From Botryllus schlosseri (Eukaryota): a DNA stretch of 64,000 nucleotides. Position numbers and translations under genes: made by a program. The stretch spans positions 11,718,001-11,782,000 of the forward strand of contig CM119383.1 in assembly GCA_051294905.1 (NCBI GenBank). Direction: 5' to 3'. The notes beneath the pieces were generated by a model. The model was not told the DNA's origin, did not search any database, and saw nothing but the letters and a program-made list of their open reading frames with translations. Numbering within the stretch: the stretch's first letter is position 1; every line of letters starts with the position of its first letter. This document shows, piece by piece, positions 28,501-39,297 of the stretch.

Positions 28501-30260
28501 TGGACTGCGCGATTCTGTAAATTAACCAAGTTCACATTTCCCAATTTCGTTCACAGCAATGGCCTATTCATCTGGAACTATGTATTTGCTCCAGGGAAAA
28601 TACAGAAAGTTGAGATTCATAATCCGAAGAAAAAATGGTCGTGGTGATGTCGTGGCGAACACTCACAAAAATTTTGACTGAGAAGAAGAGTAGCACTAAA
28701 CAATTCCCACTGACTAATAAAAATCAGCTATTGTGGTTTAGCAAAAAGACAAATTTAACATTTTCTTGAGATTTCTACTAGAAATGAATTTGTTCGTGCA
28801 GCTCTACATTTGTGGTTTGAGATCTCCACTGATGTTTTGATTTTAGAATATTTATACTGCTAATAGAAAAGTTCTTCTTTGTACTCTCATCCAATTTTGA
28901 GATTTTTTCTTTCGAATAAAATTACATCGTATCTTAAATTGAGAGCGATTTTTATTTGTGAAATAGAAGTTGCATTGATAAAGAAATTAGGCAATATACC
29001 AGCGAAGGAAAATCAACCAACTATGGAGAATACTTTCGAAACGGTACCAACATATGCCATCCGGCCTGAATCATTCAAGACTTTGACCAGTTCCGGCAAT
29101 TTAAGGCTGGGTTGTGCCATCCCAATATACTTTCGAAGGGCATGACTTCACCAGAGTACTTCCAAAACATATCAAAGTGTAGTTACACCACATTAACTAC
29201 AGGTACTTTCAGCCTATAATGAAACCGACACTTCCACAACAATCTCACTTTTCCGGAATCCCACTCAATTTAGCTGCTGAATAATTAAACCACTCATGTG
29301 CGCTAGGCTGTATTATTGGCTGCCAATTTTATAGTTGAGTGACACTGACGGATGAATAATCTCATTTATTCAAATCCAATGTTCAAAAATGATTCAATAA
29401 TCTTAGATCACTGATTCGCTCACTTCGACATATTTTTTGCCAGTAAGTCTTTACGACATATTGCTGCCATTCCCGGAAAATGGTTGATACGCTGGTAATT
29501 CTTCAATTCTTGCAGAGATTCGGTTTGGGCCATGGAATCGGTCCATACGAGATATGCAGTCTTGGCCGCTTCTTCTTTGTGCAAGCATTGCAGGCCGAAC
29601 TCCTCTATGCTTTGTATGACTGCACAATTTATGTAATTTGATGAGAAAAGGTTTGTCGTTACTCGTACTTATGGAAGAGTGTTTAAAAAGTAAGTTATCG
29701 GGGTATGTTTTAATCACTTTTAGGAGTGAAATTGCCTGTATCACAGTAGTTCAATAAATTTCGAAGGCTATCAATACGTTTATCATTAGTCATTTGCCTC
29801 CTCAACCAAAACTACTTTTTGAAACATTGAGTACATTCTATATGTACTTTCCCTTTCAACTTTCACTTGAATTAGTTTTGATAGGTCTTAGCAATTGCAA
29901 GAACCAAGTTCTAATTTAAAACTGTTTCAAATATATTTCATTGAACTCGTGTATGTTCGAGATAATTTGTTGAATGAAATATATTTTGTTCTTTATTCAT
30001 AATTATAGAAGCATCAATGTAGGGTACCTATTTGTTCATAATTATTGAAACATCAATGTACCGCAAAAAAATGTATCATTCAACGAATTTGACCTGACGA
30101 TGTGCATATAATATGTAGATTAGGACCGAGATTGACCGAGAGGGAAGAGTTGAAAGGAACAATATTTACCCAGATTGTATTTCGTGCCGAAGACAGATGC
30201 GGTAGCGATACGTTTCTTTTTCCCAGGAATAGTGTCTTCGTCATCTGAGGAGTTCTTCAT
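16531..30260 (-). CDS. TTLL7: Tubulin polyglutamylase TTLL7
   Basis: Minus-strand exons, 5' to 3': 30170-30260, 29424-29619, 28356-28514, 27649-27865, 26983-27147, 23814-23919, 23692-23752, 23257-23343, 23062-23197, 21733-21845, 21575-21671, 20171-20338, 19291-19376, 19070-19226, 18923-19003, 17633-17793, 17381-17587, probable last exon 16531-16615. TTL motifs: QRINHFPGM, KPQNGAMGNG, IVQEY..KIDLRIYVLVT, MHLTNYSVNK, GFDILLDRKLKPWLLEVNRSPSF. TTLL7-specific C-terminal blocks: LRFPGK, LASYWLVKLDS, GHGLWSCF, LCKDCLLIVY. The true start and last exon are less certain. Confidence 0.93.
17893..18059 (-). mobile_element. tRNA-derived SINE, uninterrupted copy
   Basis: Reverse complement has a Pol III A box (TAGTGTAATGG) and a B-box-like GGCTCAATCC, followed by ccggccgggtcagaccaaagac..ctggtatcc..gcgctcaaca..gcatggag. 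Aligns with the copy at 20480. Confidence 0.85.
20480..20842 (+). mobile_element. tRNA-derived SINE interrupted by a hAT MITE
   Basis: A box TAGCGTAATGG and B box GGTTCGATCC are present, but the acceptor stem does not pair, so this is not a tRNA gene. The body matches the 17893-18059 copy apart from the insertion at 20584-20771. Confidence 0.85.
20584..20771. mobile_element. hAT-type MITE (188 bp)
   Basis: Imperfect TIRs caatgttccctctaa / ttagaggcagcattg; perfect 8-bp TSD ctggtatc (20576-20583, 20772-20779). The sister SINE copy has the motif only once. A second family member lies at 24929-25113. Confidence 0.9.
20885..20942. repeat. 28-bp tandem duplication
   Basis: cactcatggtatgcatatgcaca occurs at 20892 and 20920. 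Confidence 0.85.
20976..21163 (+). mobile_element. Dispersed ~170-190 bp repeat family A, best-delimited copy; probable 5'-truncated retroposon
   Basis: Flanked by the 12-bp direct repeat atatcatgagtt (20964-20975, 21164-21175). Other copies: ~13786-13892(+), 17069-17228(-), 19620-19732(-), 26067-26223(-), 26224-26278(+), 26723-26821(-), 32370-32422(+). Shared core: ctagttgctgacgattacccctgacgagtgtcagccgaaaatattcgggttcatttcaatatgaatatactattcaattgtatattgaagttctgtacctccaagaagctcttcaaat. Confidence 0.8.
22369..23017. mobile_element. Non-autonomous hAT (Charlie-like) element, 649 bp
   Basis: Perfect 16-bp TIRs cagtggttctcaaact / agtttgagaaccactg; perfect 8-bp TSD atctagtg; no transposase ORF. Confidence 0.93.
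24360..25898. mobile_element. Non-autonomous hAT (Charlie-like) element, 1539 bp, with nested insertions
   Basis: TIRs cagtggttcttaacctt / aaggttaagaaccactg; perfect 8-bp TSD ccttagac; gggggcgctgg subterminal repeats at both ends. Confidence 0.93.
24929..25113. mobile_element. hAT-type MITE, second copy of the 20584 family, nested in the 24360 element
   Basis: Colinear similarity to 20584-20771; termini caatgttc / gaacattg; the TSD is imperfect (acctca on both sides, offset by 1 nt). Confidence 0.85.
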
Positions 30261-31394
30261 GTCTGCACTCCAGACACAGTGGCACGGACACAAAATTTAT
30301 TAAATGGAGCGTCAGATCGACTAATGCTTCCTCATTATTTTTGTATTTATGTTCTACTAAACATGTACATTTGAAAAAAAGAGTAATGGCTCCGAGACTA
30401 TGAAAGATTGATATGACCACAAATTCGCTTGGATGTGCGAATGGGAGGTCGGCGTAGAGGGCTCCAGAGTAGCAATGCATTCAACTCAAGTGAAAATTGT
30501 AATAAAACAGGTCTTAATCGAAATATGCTGCAGCTGTGGTTTCGTCCAAATACGGTACGATATATAACTATGAATGAAATCATAAATTTGTCTATGTGTG
30601 TACTGTACATTGCATTTGTACAGTTGTACAACACTATATAAATGTTCAGGACACTGTTAATTTGTTAGAGTAGGCTATAAATACAGTACAGGGAATACGG
30701 AGGAGGGATACGCTAAAGATGAAGATTAACGGAGCTTTATATATAGCTGAAATTGGCAAACTAGTAGCTAATTACTTCGTGTTGGCAATTATACTCGTTC
30801 TAAATATATTCTATTTCGCTACAATTAGATTTATCATATATAATGTAATTTTCGCTTCCATTGTCGCCTAGATACCTTTAATTTATCTATGTCTTATGTG
30901 CGCCCACTAACGCATTGGCGTTCATTCACTTCATTCACGACAGTTTGCATGTTCTCTGGAGGTCGCGAAGGAACTGACTTTTTGGTGAATATGTTGACCT
31001 TTTTAAAATGTTTCATCCAGTAGTCAGCGTCCAAATAGGCCGTGAGTCGGTCTGGGCGACGGTAGTGAACTTCTCTTTTTTTAGTAATCAGCTTACAAAA
31101 TTTAGGGTCCCAGAGTATTCTCAAATAGGAAATTAGATCACAGCCATATAAAGAATATTAAAAAAAAAACTACTGAACTAGGAGGATGAACGAGGTCGTG
31201 GACGCAGAGAAGAAGGAGCCGAGATAAACCTCCAACACTTCGAAACACGCTACAACCAAGACTCGAATCTCAGTCTCGTGTATTTGGCGGCCTCGACAGT
31301 TTCTCATACATGCAGGAAACGGTACCACATTTAATATCGCCATGAATCATAGAAGCGCAGGGGAAGAAAAATTCCTATTTTAACATCAGTGAAA

Positions 31395-31540
31395 ATCTCG
31401 TTTTGAAAGTACGCTCATAGAGAAAATCACGCGTGGTTGATTTCATTGCGTACGTTGTGACGCCAATATCGCGGCTATTTAAATTTCTCTGTCCGAAACT
31501 TTTTGTGTTGTGAGTGAGCCTTTTATCGATTTTGAATTGT
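31395..31540. promoter_or_regulatory. Candidate bidirectional promoter with CCAAT and CDE/CHR-like elements upstream of CDC20
   Basis: CCAAT 31463-31467, CGCGG 31470-31474, TTTAAA 31478-31483, TTTGAA at 31402 and 31531; CpG-rich; GTGAGT donor at 31510 suggests a CDC20 5'UTR intron. Confidence 0.5.
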
Positions 31541-32007
31541 CAATTGAAGGGACATGCGGCAACTGTTTAAAGGTTTAGGTAATATCCCAGGCTATCATAC
31601 GGCATAAATAACGACTCTAGATCGGTACGATACCTTTATCCCGAAATTTCGAATTTCATTAGGCCTACGTATATACGCGCGTAACGCGCCTACCCCTACC
31701 GTATTATTTCATCCACATCCGGAATATCGTAAATGCTTTCCTTGGGCTATGTATCCGAAGAAAACCCAGATGCTTGAGCCCATCCGATTGATCTGAAATT
31801 GTCACATGTGTGGTAGAGATTGCTGACTTTGCTGAGGATTGTAGACACATTCATCATTTCTTCAGCGTTCAGCCAATGTAGCAAAACCTTTATTCCTCTA
31901 TCGCTTGAATATTATAGTTCTTTACCAGTGTAAGCCCGCATGTACAATTCCAAATATTCTCAGATACCGCTGCATTGATTCTTACCTTTTATTATATTGA
32001 GGCAATT

Positions 32008-35000
32008 ATGTCATCTCAGTTTGATTTTGAAAATGAGATTAACAGCCTTACCAAGCTGGATGCCCCGATTTGGAACGGGCCTATTCCTCGCTGGAGAAGG
32101 AAGGCTGAAACATCAGGATCCGCCAACGCAAGCTCAAGGTCTTTAAATTGATACAGCACTTTGCATCATTTTAGAATGTTTTTAGTAGGCCTATAAGCAG
32201 TATAGCATACAATTGATTCACCATACCTGAACATGAGTTGTGCCCCTTTTCCATCAAATTTCAGTGAAAGATTTTCTTGCTTGTTGTTAATGGAGCAACT
32301 TTGAACAAGTATTTTGAAATTGTATACTGTTCATGAATTTTAGAAGTAGCTTATACCTTTTGATAACTGAATAGTATATTCAATTGTATATTGAAGTTCT
32401 GTACCTCAAGAAATTCTTCAAATTCAAACATTTTGATAAGTTGACAATGTGGAAATTCATGAATGAAATGTGCCATAGGCCTATCGTTAAATTTGAACAA
32501 GACCGTGTCAAAGTTTTGGTAACATAATTTGTAACATGTAAAATAATATAATTCGTAACATTTGAAATTAGGTCATTAACATACAATACATCATCTTTTT
32601 AATTCTAAATCCACTTCCCATGAGTCAAATTGATTTGGGACTGCACAAAAGTAAAAATTTCACATCTCCAACTCGCAAAAATATATTTACAAACCGTAAT
32701 CAGTCTTCCTATATACTGCCGCTGATTTATCGATCTCTTCCAGCTTCGTGTCTAGTCCTTTGAAGATATCGAATATGTCTTGTAGCAAGTCACCGACGTC
32801 GGGAATATTGACTTCTGGTCCTAACTCTTCAAAATGCCGCACTCCAGGTTGGTGAAAAGACTGAAAACACACGCTGCCCAACGGAACCTCCAATTTTTCA
32901 TTTTCTTGTCAATTCTACCTCTATAAGAGGTGCTACTATTTATCTACACTTGCCAGCCTATTGCACAAAGTAAAAATGCTCGTTGTCTAGATCGCTATTC
33001 CACCCATGGATATTGTAATCCAATTGTTAACCGGAGTGTTGAGTAATGTTTGCAGTAATTTTGTACGTCTCTTATTATATTTCATATTAGATTGTGTTTT
33101 GTATTTATATTTTGCACATTGTTGCGTTGGCGGTAACTCTTACCAGTATTTCGACTGGTTTAAATATGTTACATAATACAGCAAATGATCCTTTTCCATG
33201 TGGACTTTAATGCACATTTCTTAAGGTGCTATCAATACGCCGAATCGAAGTCAGAATTCATTCAAAACTCCCAGCCGCGGTGATCGCTACATTCCTAACA
33301 GAGGTGCTATGGATTTTGAGAAAAGCAAGTTTAAACTTCTGGCACAAGGTAAATATGTGGCTATTTTCAAACAAGTGACTGTGGTCAGCCTTACCAGTTG
33401 TGGCATAACAGAAGCTACCAGTGTCTTCATACTGTGTGACATCGCTGATATTCTGATTTCATGAGCCAAAGATGTCCCGACCAAGTTCATGCTGTAGGAA
33501 ATTGATTTGCCTCAATAATTATTATGGATTTATATCCTTCAGAACTGCGAGTTCGGCTCACACTCTTCTTCCACATAAACTCAAAATTCGATCACATTTC
33601 AACCAAAATACACTTTTTCGTCGGATCTAAATCCAACTTGATATGGTGATGGCGCTAAGCCGTTAATAAATGTCTATTTTGATATATTTTATCCGCTCGC
33701 ATACAGATGATGCAGTCGATAATAACTGCAGTATCAGTAACGAGGAATACAAGAAAGCGTTGAAAGAAAACCTTGTGGGCGATCACGGAGAATCCGAAAA
33801 TAAAATATTGGCATTCAAAGACAAGGCTGTGCCCATGGAAGGATATCAGAATTCCAGCAAGGTCGTGATTTCCTTTGATTCACCGTGCAGTGCATGCTAT
33901 AGTAATACTTTATCTTTTCTATTACAGGTTTTGTACAGCTCCACTAAGAAAAGCCAAGCTAACAGATCAAAATCCAGACACATCCCTACCAATCCAGATA
34001 GGATTTTAGACGCACCGCAACTGCTTGATGATTTTTGTAATACTCTCTGATGCGTTGTGTACTTCTGATGTTATTCTATCTGTATTTACGTCTACCAGAT
34101 CTGAACCTCATCGACTGGAGTACTACGGACCTTCTAGCCGTTGCACTTTCCGAGAGTGTGTATCTTTTCAATTCCACCACCGGCGATATACAACTGCTAC
34201 TGAGCTTGGAGAACACGGATGATTACATCACGTCTCTCCGATGGGTGCCTAACGGCCGACACATTGCTGTTGGCACTAGCAACGCCGATATACAGGTCAG
34301 AACCATGTCCCATTGTGTTTGTTTTCGTGTAGTACTTACGGTCTGTTTTATTTTTGTTTCATGATCATTGCATATATGACAGCTTTGGGATGTAACCGCG
34401 ATGAAAAGACTGAGAAATATGCACAGTCACGCTAGCAGAGTTGGTTCGTTGTCTTGGCGGGATGCGATTCTAACAAGGTAAGGGATACTCGGCGGGCATT
34501 GAATTGGTTGTTGTTTGTATATTTATGACATCATGAGACTGCCATCTTCAGAACCTCGCGGGCTAAATTTTGTATTACCAGTGCAGGAAAAGCCTCAATA
34601 TTAATTTTGGTAATTGATGGTATTTTAAAGTTACTGAAATGGTTTGAAATGTCGCCACCTTTTTATTCATATCGTTTTCTCATCGTTAGCGGGAATTAAA
34701 GCAGTGTCCTTTGAATTAGGCACTTCTCTGTGGTGTTTTACCAAGATTCCAACTTCTAATGTATGAATACAAACCAAATGTATTAGTTCCGAATGCTTTT
34801 GCAGCGGCTCTCGTGACGGTCATATTCAGTTCCACGATGTGCGAATTGCTTCTCATTTGGTACATTCTTTTGCTGGTCACTCTCAGGTTTGTCATTTTTG
34901 GTTTCTGTTTAGTTGTCGTACTAATGTGAAGTGACAATGTTCTGTAGGAAGTGTGTGGGCTGGAATGGTCTCCCGATCAAAAATTTCTAGCGAGCGGCGC

Positions 35001-36703
35001 TAATGATAATTTGGTGAATATTTGGGACGAGAGAGCGCTTCAGCCTTTATATTCGTTTACGGAACACCAGTCCGCTATCAAGGTATGTGGATTGGGAATG
35101 AGATCTTGAGTCCCTTTTTCAATAGTATTTACCAATTGTGTTTTTTTAATAACAGGCTCTTGGCTGGTGTCCGTGGCAAACGCACGTGCTTGCCAGTGGC
35201 GGCGGCAGTGCAGACAGGCACGTTCGATTTTGGAATTGCTACACCGGAACTATGATCAATGCAATCGATACTAAATCTCAGGTAGGTTCTACTTCCTTGG
35301 AAATTGCAATAATGCTTAGAATCACTGTCGCTGAGGAGCAGCTCCGTTTACTAGTTATACGACATGGCACTAGTAATAGCAGGGGTGTGCTGTGCAATCG
35401 ATGTCCTGTAGAAGTGCCTATCTTGAGCACACCTCAATTGGACCAAAAATAAAGGCACACAATCACCAAAATATCGTTATACGGCCTTCTTTCATGAATA
35501 TTTTTGACAAAATCTACTCTACTACTAAATTTACTAAGCTACCTTGAATATGCTCGTCAGGGGCAATCGTCAGCAAGAAGAAGAGAATACAAAGTATGTC
35601 AACACTCTTGGTTTTCTCAGGCGCACGCTTAGCTAGCGCTATTGAAACTTACTGTTCCTTCAACATTGCTACGATTAGCTTGTCCAGAAGTTTGTTTGGC
35701 ACTCTGTAAGATTATTGTGATGTGTAGGGCAAGTTTTAGCATCTTTTTTTTACAGCTTCCGGCAGCTAAATGCTCTGAGGTTATGTAGTATGGTGTGTTA
35801 AGCTGTTTGGAGGAATCTTATATTGTAACCTTTCTCCATTTTTTTCATGCCACTTTTTCGATTTTTCATGCCACTTTTTCGATTTTTCATGCCACTTTTT
35901 TCGATTTTTCATGCAATTTTTTGCAACTTTTTTCGATTTTTCATGCAACTAACTTTCTACTGGAAATATTTGACACTATATGTAAGTAGATCGCTTGATT
36001 ATTTCCTTTCTGATTTGACTTACATTCTAGCTAGACTGACGACAGTTATATTTTCATTGGGTCAACTTTTTCAGGCTATTGATTTTGCTGAAGTTGCCAA
36101 CACTGACTTTTGCTACAGCACCTTACATACGGATTGATTCGAGTATTTCATGCCCTAATAATTTCAAGTGACTTCTCCATAAATGCGACTTTTTAGTGAA
36201 AAATAAATGCTACTTTTTACTGCAACTTTTGTGAAAAAAATATGCAACTTTCTGCAGATTTGAATGCAACAAAAACTTGCCCTAGTGATGTGTTACTTAG
36301 CTTTAAAAGGTCTGGAAGTCTACTTACAAATTCTTTCAAACCCAGGTGTGTGCTTTGAAGTGGTCGACCACAACGAGGGAGTTGGTGACGTCGCACGGCT
36401 TTTCTCAAAACCAAATCACTATCTGGTCGTATCCCTCCATGAAAAGAATGCAGGACTTGATGGGGCATACCGAACGGGTAATATAGATACAACGGTAAAC
36501 AATTGTTCATCTTGCAGCCTGTGTTTGGTTTGCAGGTACTCTATCTCGCTATTAGCCCCGACGGAAAGACAGTATGTTCTGGTGCTGGTGACGAAACATT
36601 GAGGATGTGGAAATGCTTTGACGTGAAGGGCTCGAAAGGACAGTCGTCTGGCTCGCAAAAGAGTGGCGGCAGTAAAGTGGCGCCATGTTTTGCAATAAGA
36701 TGA
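32008..36703 (+). CDS. CDC20: Cell division cycle protein 20 (fizzy), APC/C co-activator
   Basis: Exons: 32008-32138, 32744-32847, 33226-33348, 33707-33861, 33928-34036, 34099-34295, 34383-34477, 34805-34886, 34948-35082, 35156-35281, 36346-36477, 36536-36703. N-terminus [28 protein letters not shown]-box DRYIPNR, Mad2-binding KILAF, DRILDAP..DDFYLNLIDWS, WD40 repeats and a C-terminal IR tail. Confidence 0.96.
35725..36284. mobile_element. Non-autonomous hAT element in a CDC20 intron, 560 bp
   Basis: TIRs tagggcaagttt / aaacttgcccta; perfect 8-bp TSD gtgatgtg; internal ~20-bp tandem repeat (tttttcatgccactttttcga) at ~35840-35950. Confidence 0.92.
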
Positions 36704-36940
36704 ATATAGAATGGAACACTGTTTTGATTTGTGACCGCATAAACTCACACATTTCGCTAAAAACTTGTATACCACGATGGATAAGGCTGGAATCGGCTGT
36801 GAGATAAGCTCGCTATTTTATCGCTACTAGTTGAGGAGCCAAAGTCGGTTCACCGTTATTGCCTGTAAAGCAGTCTTCTGCCGGTTGGCAGCCTGTGAAT
36901 GATGGATCGAATTTCATCTGCCGTAAAGCTGTCCGTGATG

Positions 36941-36946
36941 AATAAA
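36941..36946 (+). terminator. Probable CDC20 polyadenylation signal
   Basis: AATAAA about 240 nt after the CDC20 stop, followed by GT/T-rich sequence; a CPE-like TTTTAT lies at 36816-36821. Confidence 0.5.
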
Positions 36947-37654
36947 TTCTTCTGACACGTATCGTGGAGTTGAAGTGGGTTTGCTTTTTTTTTCAATATT
37001 CTGAGCAATTGTGACTGATAGTAGGATATTGCATGAGACGTGACGGAAGGGTCTCCGCGTTCGTTGTGGTCGTTGCATAATTCATGTATTTAAATGGGCT
37101 GTGCTTTTCGACGGTGTCCGAAGTCGTAGTTTTGCTTCAAGTATCAGCAAAATTTCAGGTGGTATTCTGGATCGGGGAGCACCATAGATTGTTCGAAATT
37201 GAGATGGGTTTCAGAGCGCCGTTAGCCCTTGAGGGTGAATACGTTATTTTCTCGATAGTGGTGTGACAAGTATTTTAACATTTGCAAATGGTTTCCATGC
37301 TAAGATACGGATCTATAAAAACTTGAATATAGCGTGAGTAAAGATCTGATTTGCGAGAACGGATGATGATCGTGTGGCTACCAATGATGTGAGACTAAGA
37401 AAACCTGAAGTGAGCATATTTAGGATGTAGCGAAAGGATCTTAATGTCATGAAGTCAGTTGCAGCCTGAATGGAGAATTGTTGCATCAAAAAGGACCGCA
37501 CATAAAACATATCGTTGAGAAAACGCATTAATACTAAAAACTAACTTCAGTAGCACTAACAATAACTATAAGAAGGAACATGACACAGGCAATAATCAAC
37601 TATGAGAGGAAAACGTCAGCGATTGATGATCTCAGATATTATACGCAACCCAAA

Positions 37655-37740
37655 AGAGTGACGTAATGCGGCATTTACATCAGCTGATTCGTATCGATTT
37701 GTACTTATATAAGCCGAGTCAGAAGCGGCAGTGTGATGTT
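37655..37740 (+). promoter_or_regulatory. Candidate TATA promoter, probably of TSPO
   Basis: TGACGTAA (CRE/ATF-like) 37659-37666; TATATAAG 37706-37713; downstream GTAAGT donor at 38236 and acceptor at 39286. Confidence 0.4.
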
Positions 37741-39297
37741 GAGCCAAAGTGACTTTGGGTTGAGCCTGCCGTGTGTCAGTCACGTTTCAGTTTTCTCAAC
37801 GCTGATAATTACATGAAGACGGCCGGGAAGAGGTCATCAATGTCAGCAAATTCCAGAAGGCATTCAACACTAGAACGCAACAGTATGGATTATTAGTGAC
37901 CTCCTCAACTACTAGTTTATTTCTGTATAGATGTTCGACGGGAACATTAGAGGGATGACTTTGTGTAATCCACACTTAACAATAGTATTAGCATAGCAAT
38001 TTACAGTTTAGTCACATTGCCCGGTTGTGGTGACCCTGTATGGAATCGGTGTCATGTGCTCACGCTATGCTTCATTATTTTTTATTCAATAACTTCAACT
38101 TGGAAAATCATCGCTGCTCACATGTTATATCAGGCAAAATGTACCGAGATTCCAGTTGGTGACTACATGCAAATCTATCTAAACACTATACTTTATGCCT
38201 TTCTGTGTGACTAAATAAAAAAATCAAAAGTGATAGTAAGTACCTCAAGTCCCGTAATCTGGAACTAACAAAACAGAGTGGGTATGTCCAAGAATACTAA
38301 GACTAAGTAGTGTAAGCTGACAAATTCATTTGAGTAGGCCTACTGGTCTAGTATTAGAATTTTGTTTCTGACTACCGCTGATAGTTACTGACACGTACAC
38401 AAGAGCTGCAGAAGGGGCTTGATCATGTTAGAATGAATCATGCATATTAGGCTAACGTGAAAATTTGCAAAGGATAAAACATAGACAGCTATTTCAAAAT
38501 TAACACTTTTGTGTTAATTGCACCGTGCGATCATCATTGCTACCTATCAATTTTTTAATGGTCACATGGGAATGATTTAACTGTCGCTGTGGAATATGTT
38601 TTACGATGTCAATTTGTAGTATCATTTTCATTACCATCGGTGTCAGAGTTCTGTGAAAAAAAGTAGGCCTATGTCTAACGTTTCGAGTTGGTTTATCAAA
38701 AATATCTATAGTCGGGGTCGTTTGTAAAGTACCATACCAATTCTACAGCCCAGGTAACAGCTGCCATTTATTATGAGCAATTTCTACTTCCAACTGACTA
38801 AAATCTCATATTAGTTTTCAGTCTGTCTTTACGTCATTTTGTTTAATTGATCTTTTCCGCTTGTCCATAAATTAATTTCTTAGTTTCTTTTGACTATTGT
38901 TTGTCGCACTGTATCATATTGGTATAGCTTGAATCTGTTAATCTTGCTTCCTTTCCTCCTTAGTGCCAATAACTCACCGGTCCAGAAGTCTCTTGAGATG
39001 AATGAAAAAATCGAATCTATTTCTAATTCGTTTTGAATTTTCCAAGATGTTCAAGTTGTACAATATTTGTCTGAGTATCATCAGCCTATATTTATGATAT
39101 GTATAATAGTATAAACCACTTTGCTAACATCATAGAAGTAACTTCATGGCTTTAACTACAATATTACGAAGGTTGTCACTGTTGTTCAATTTGTTATTAT
39201 CTCAATGTAACTTCTTTATGATATACATTCTCCACAAAATTCAAGTCGTAAATACTTCTTATCAGTCATAATTTTCATTTTAATAGTGTATGCAATA

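Noticed and set aside
28879-29145. Plus-strand ORF with a Tctex1-like MENTFETVP motif in a TTLL7 intron
   Set aside because: The similarity is limited to a few residues and no frame continues into a Tctex-1 domain.
31760-31910. Minus-strand stretch DRGIKVLLHWLNAEEMM..
   Set aside because: About 50 codons with no linked upstream exon and no recognisable family; within chance expectation.
32687-32893. Protein-like 68-aa minus-strand ORF suggesting a gene nested in CDC20
   Set aside because: It is the antisense shadow of CDC20 exon 32744-32847, which is required to keep the CDC20 frame.
35795-36137. Repetitive MPLFRFF ORFs
   Set aside because: They are translations of the 20-bp tandem repeat inside a hAT element.
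36840-37090. 77-codon stop-free minus frame and a C/D-box snoRNA-like or SECIS-like motif set
   Set aside because: There is no start codon or acceptor, box C is imperfect, I recognised no rRNA-complementary guide, and SECIS spacing is wrong. The region is explained as the CDC20 3'UTR with AATAAA at 36941.
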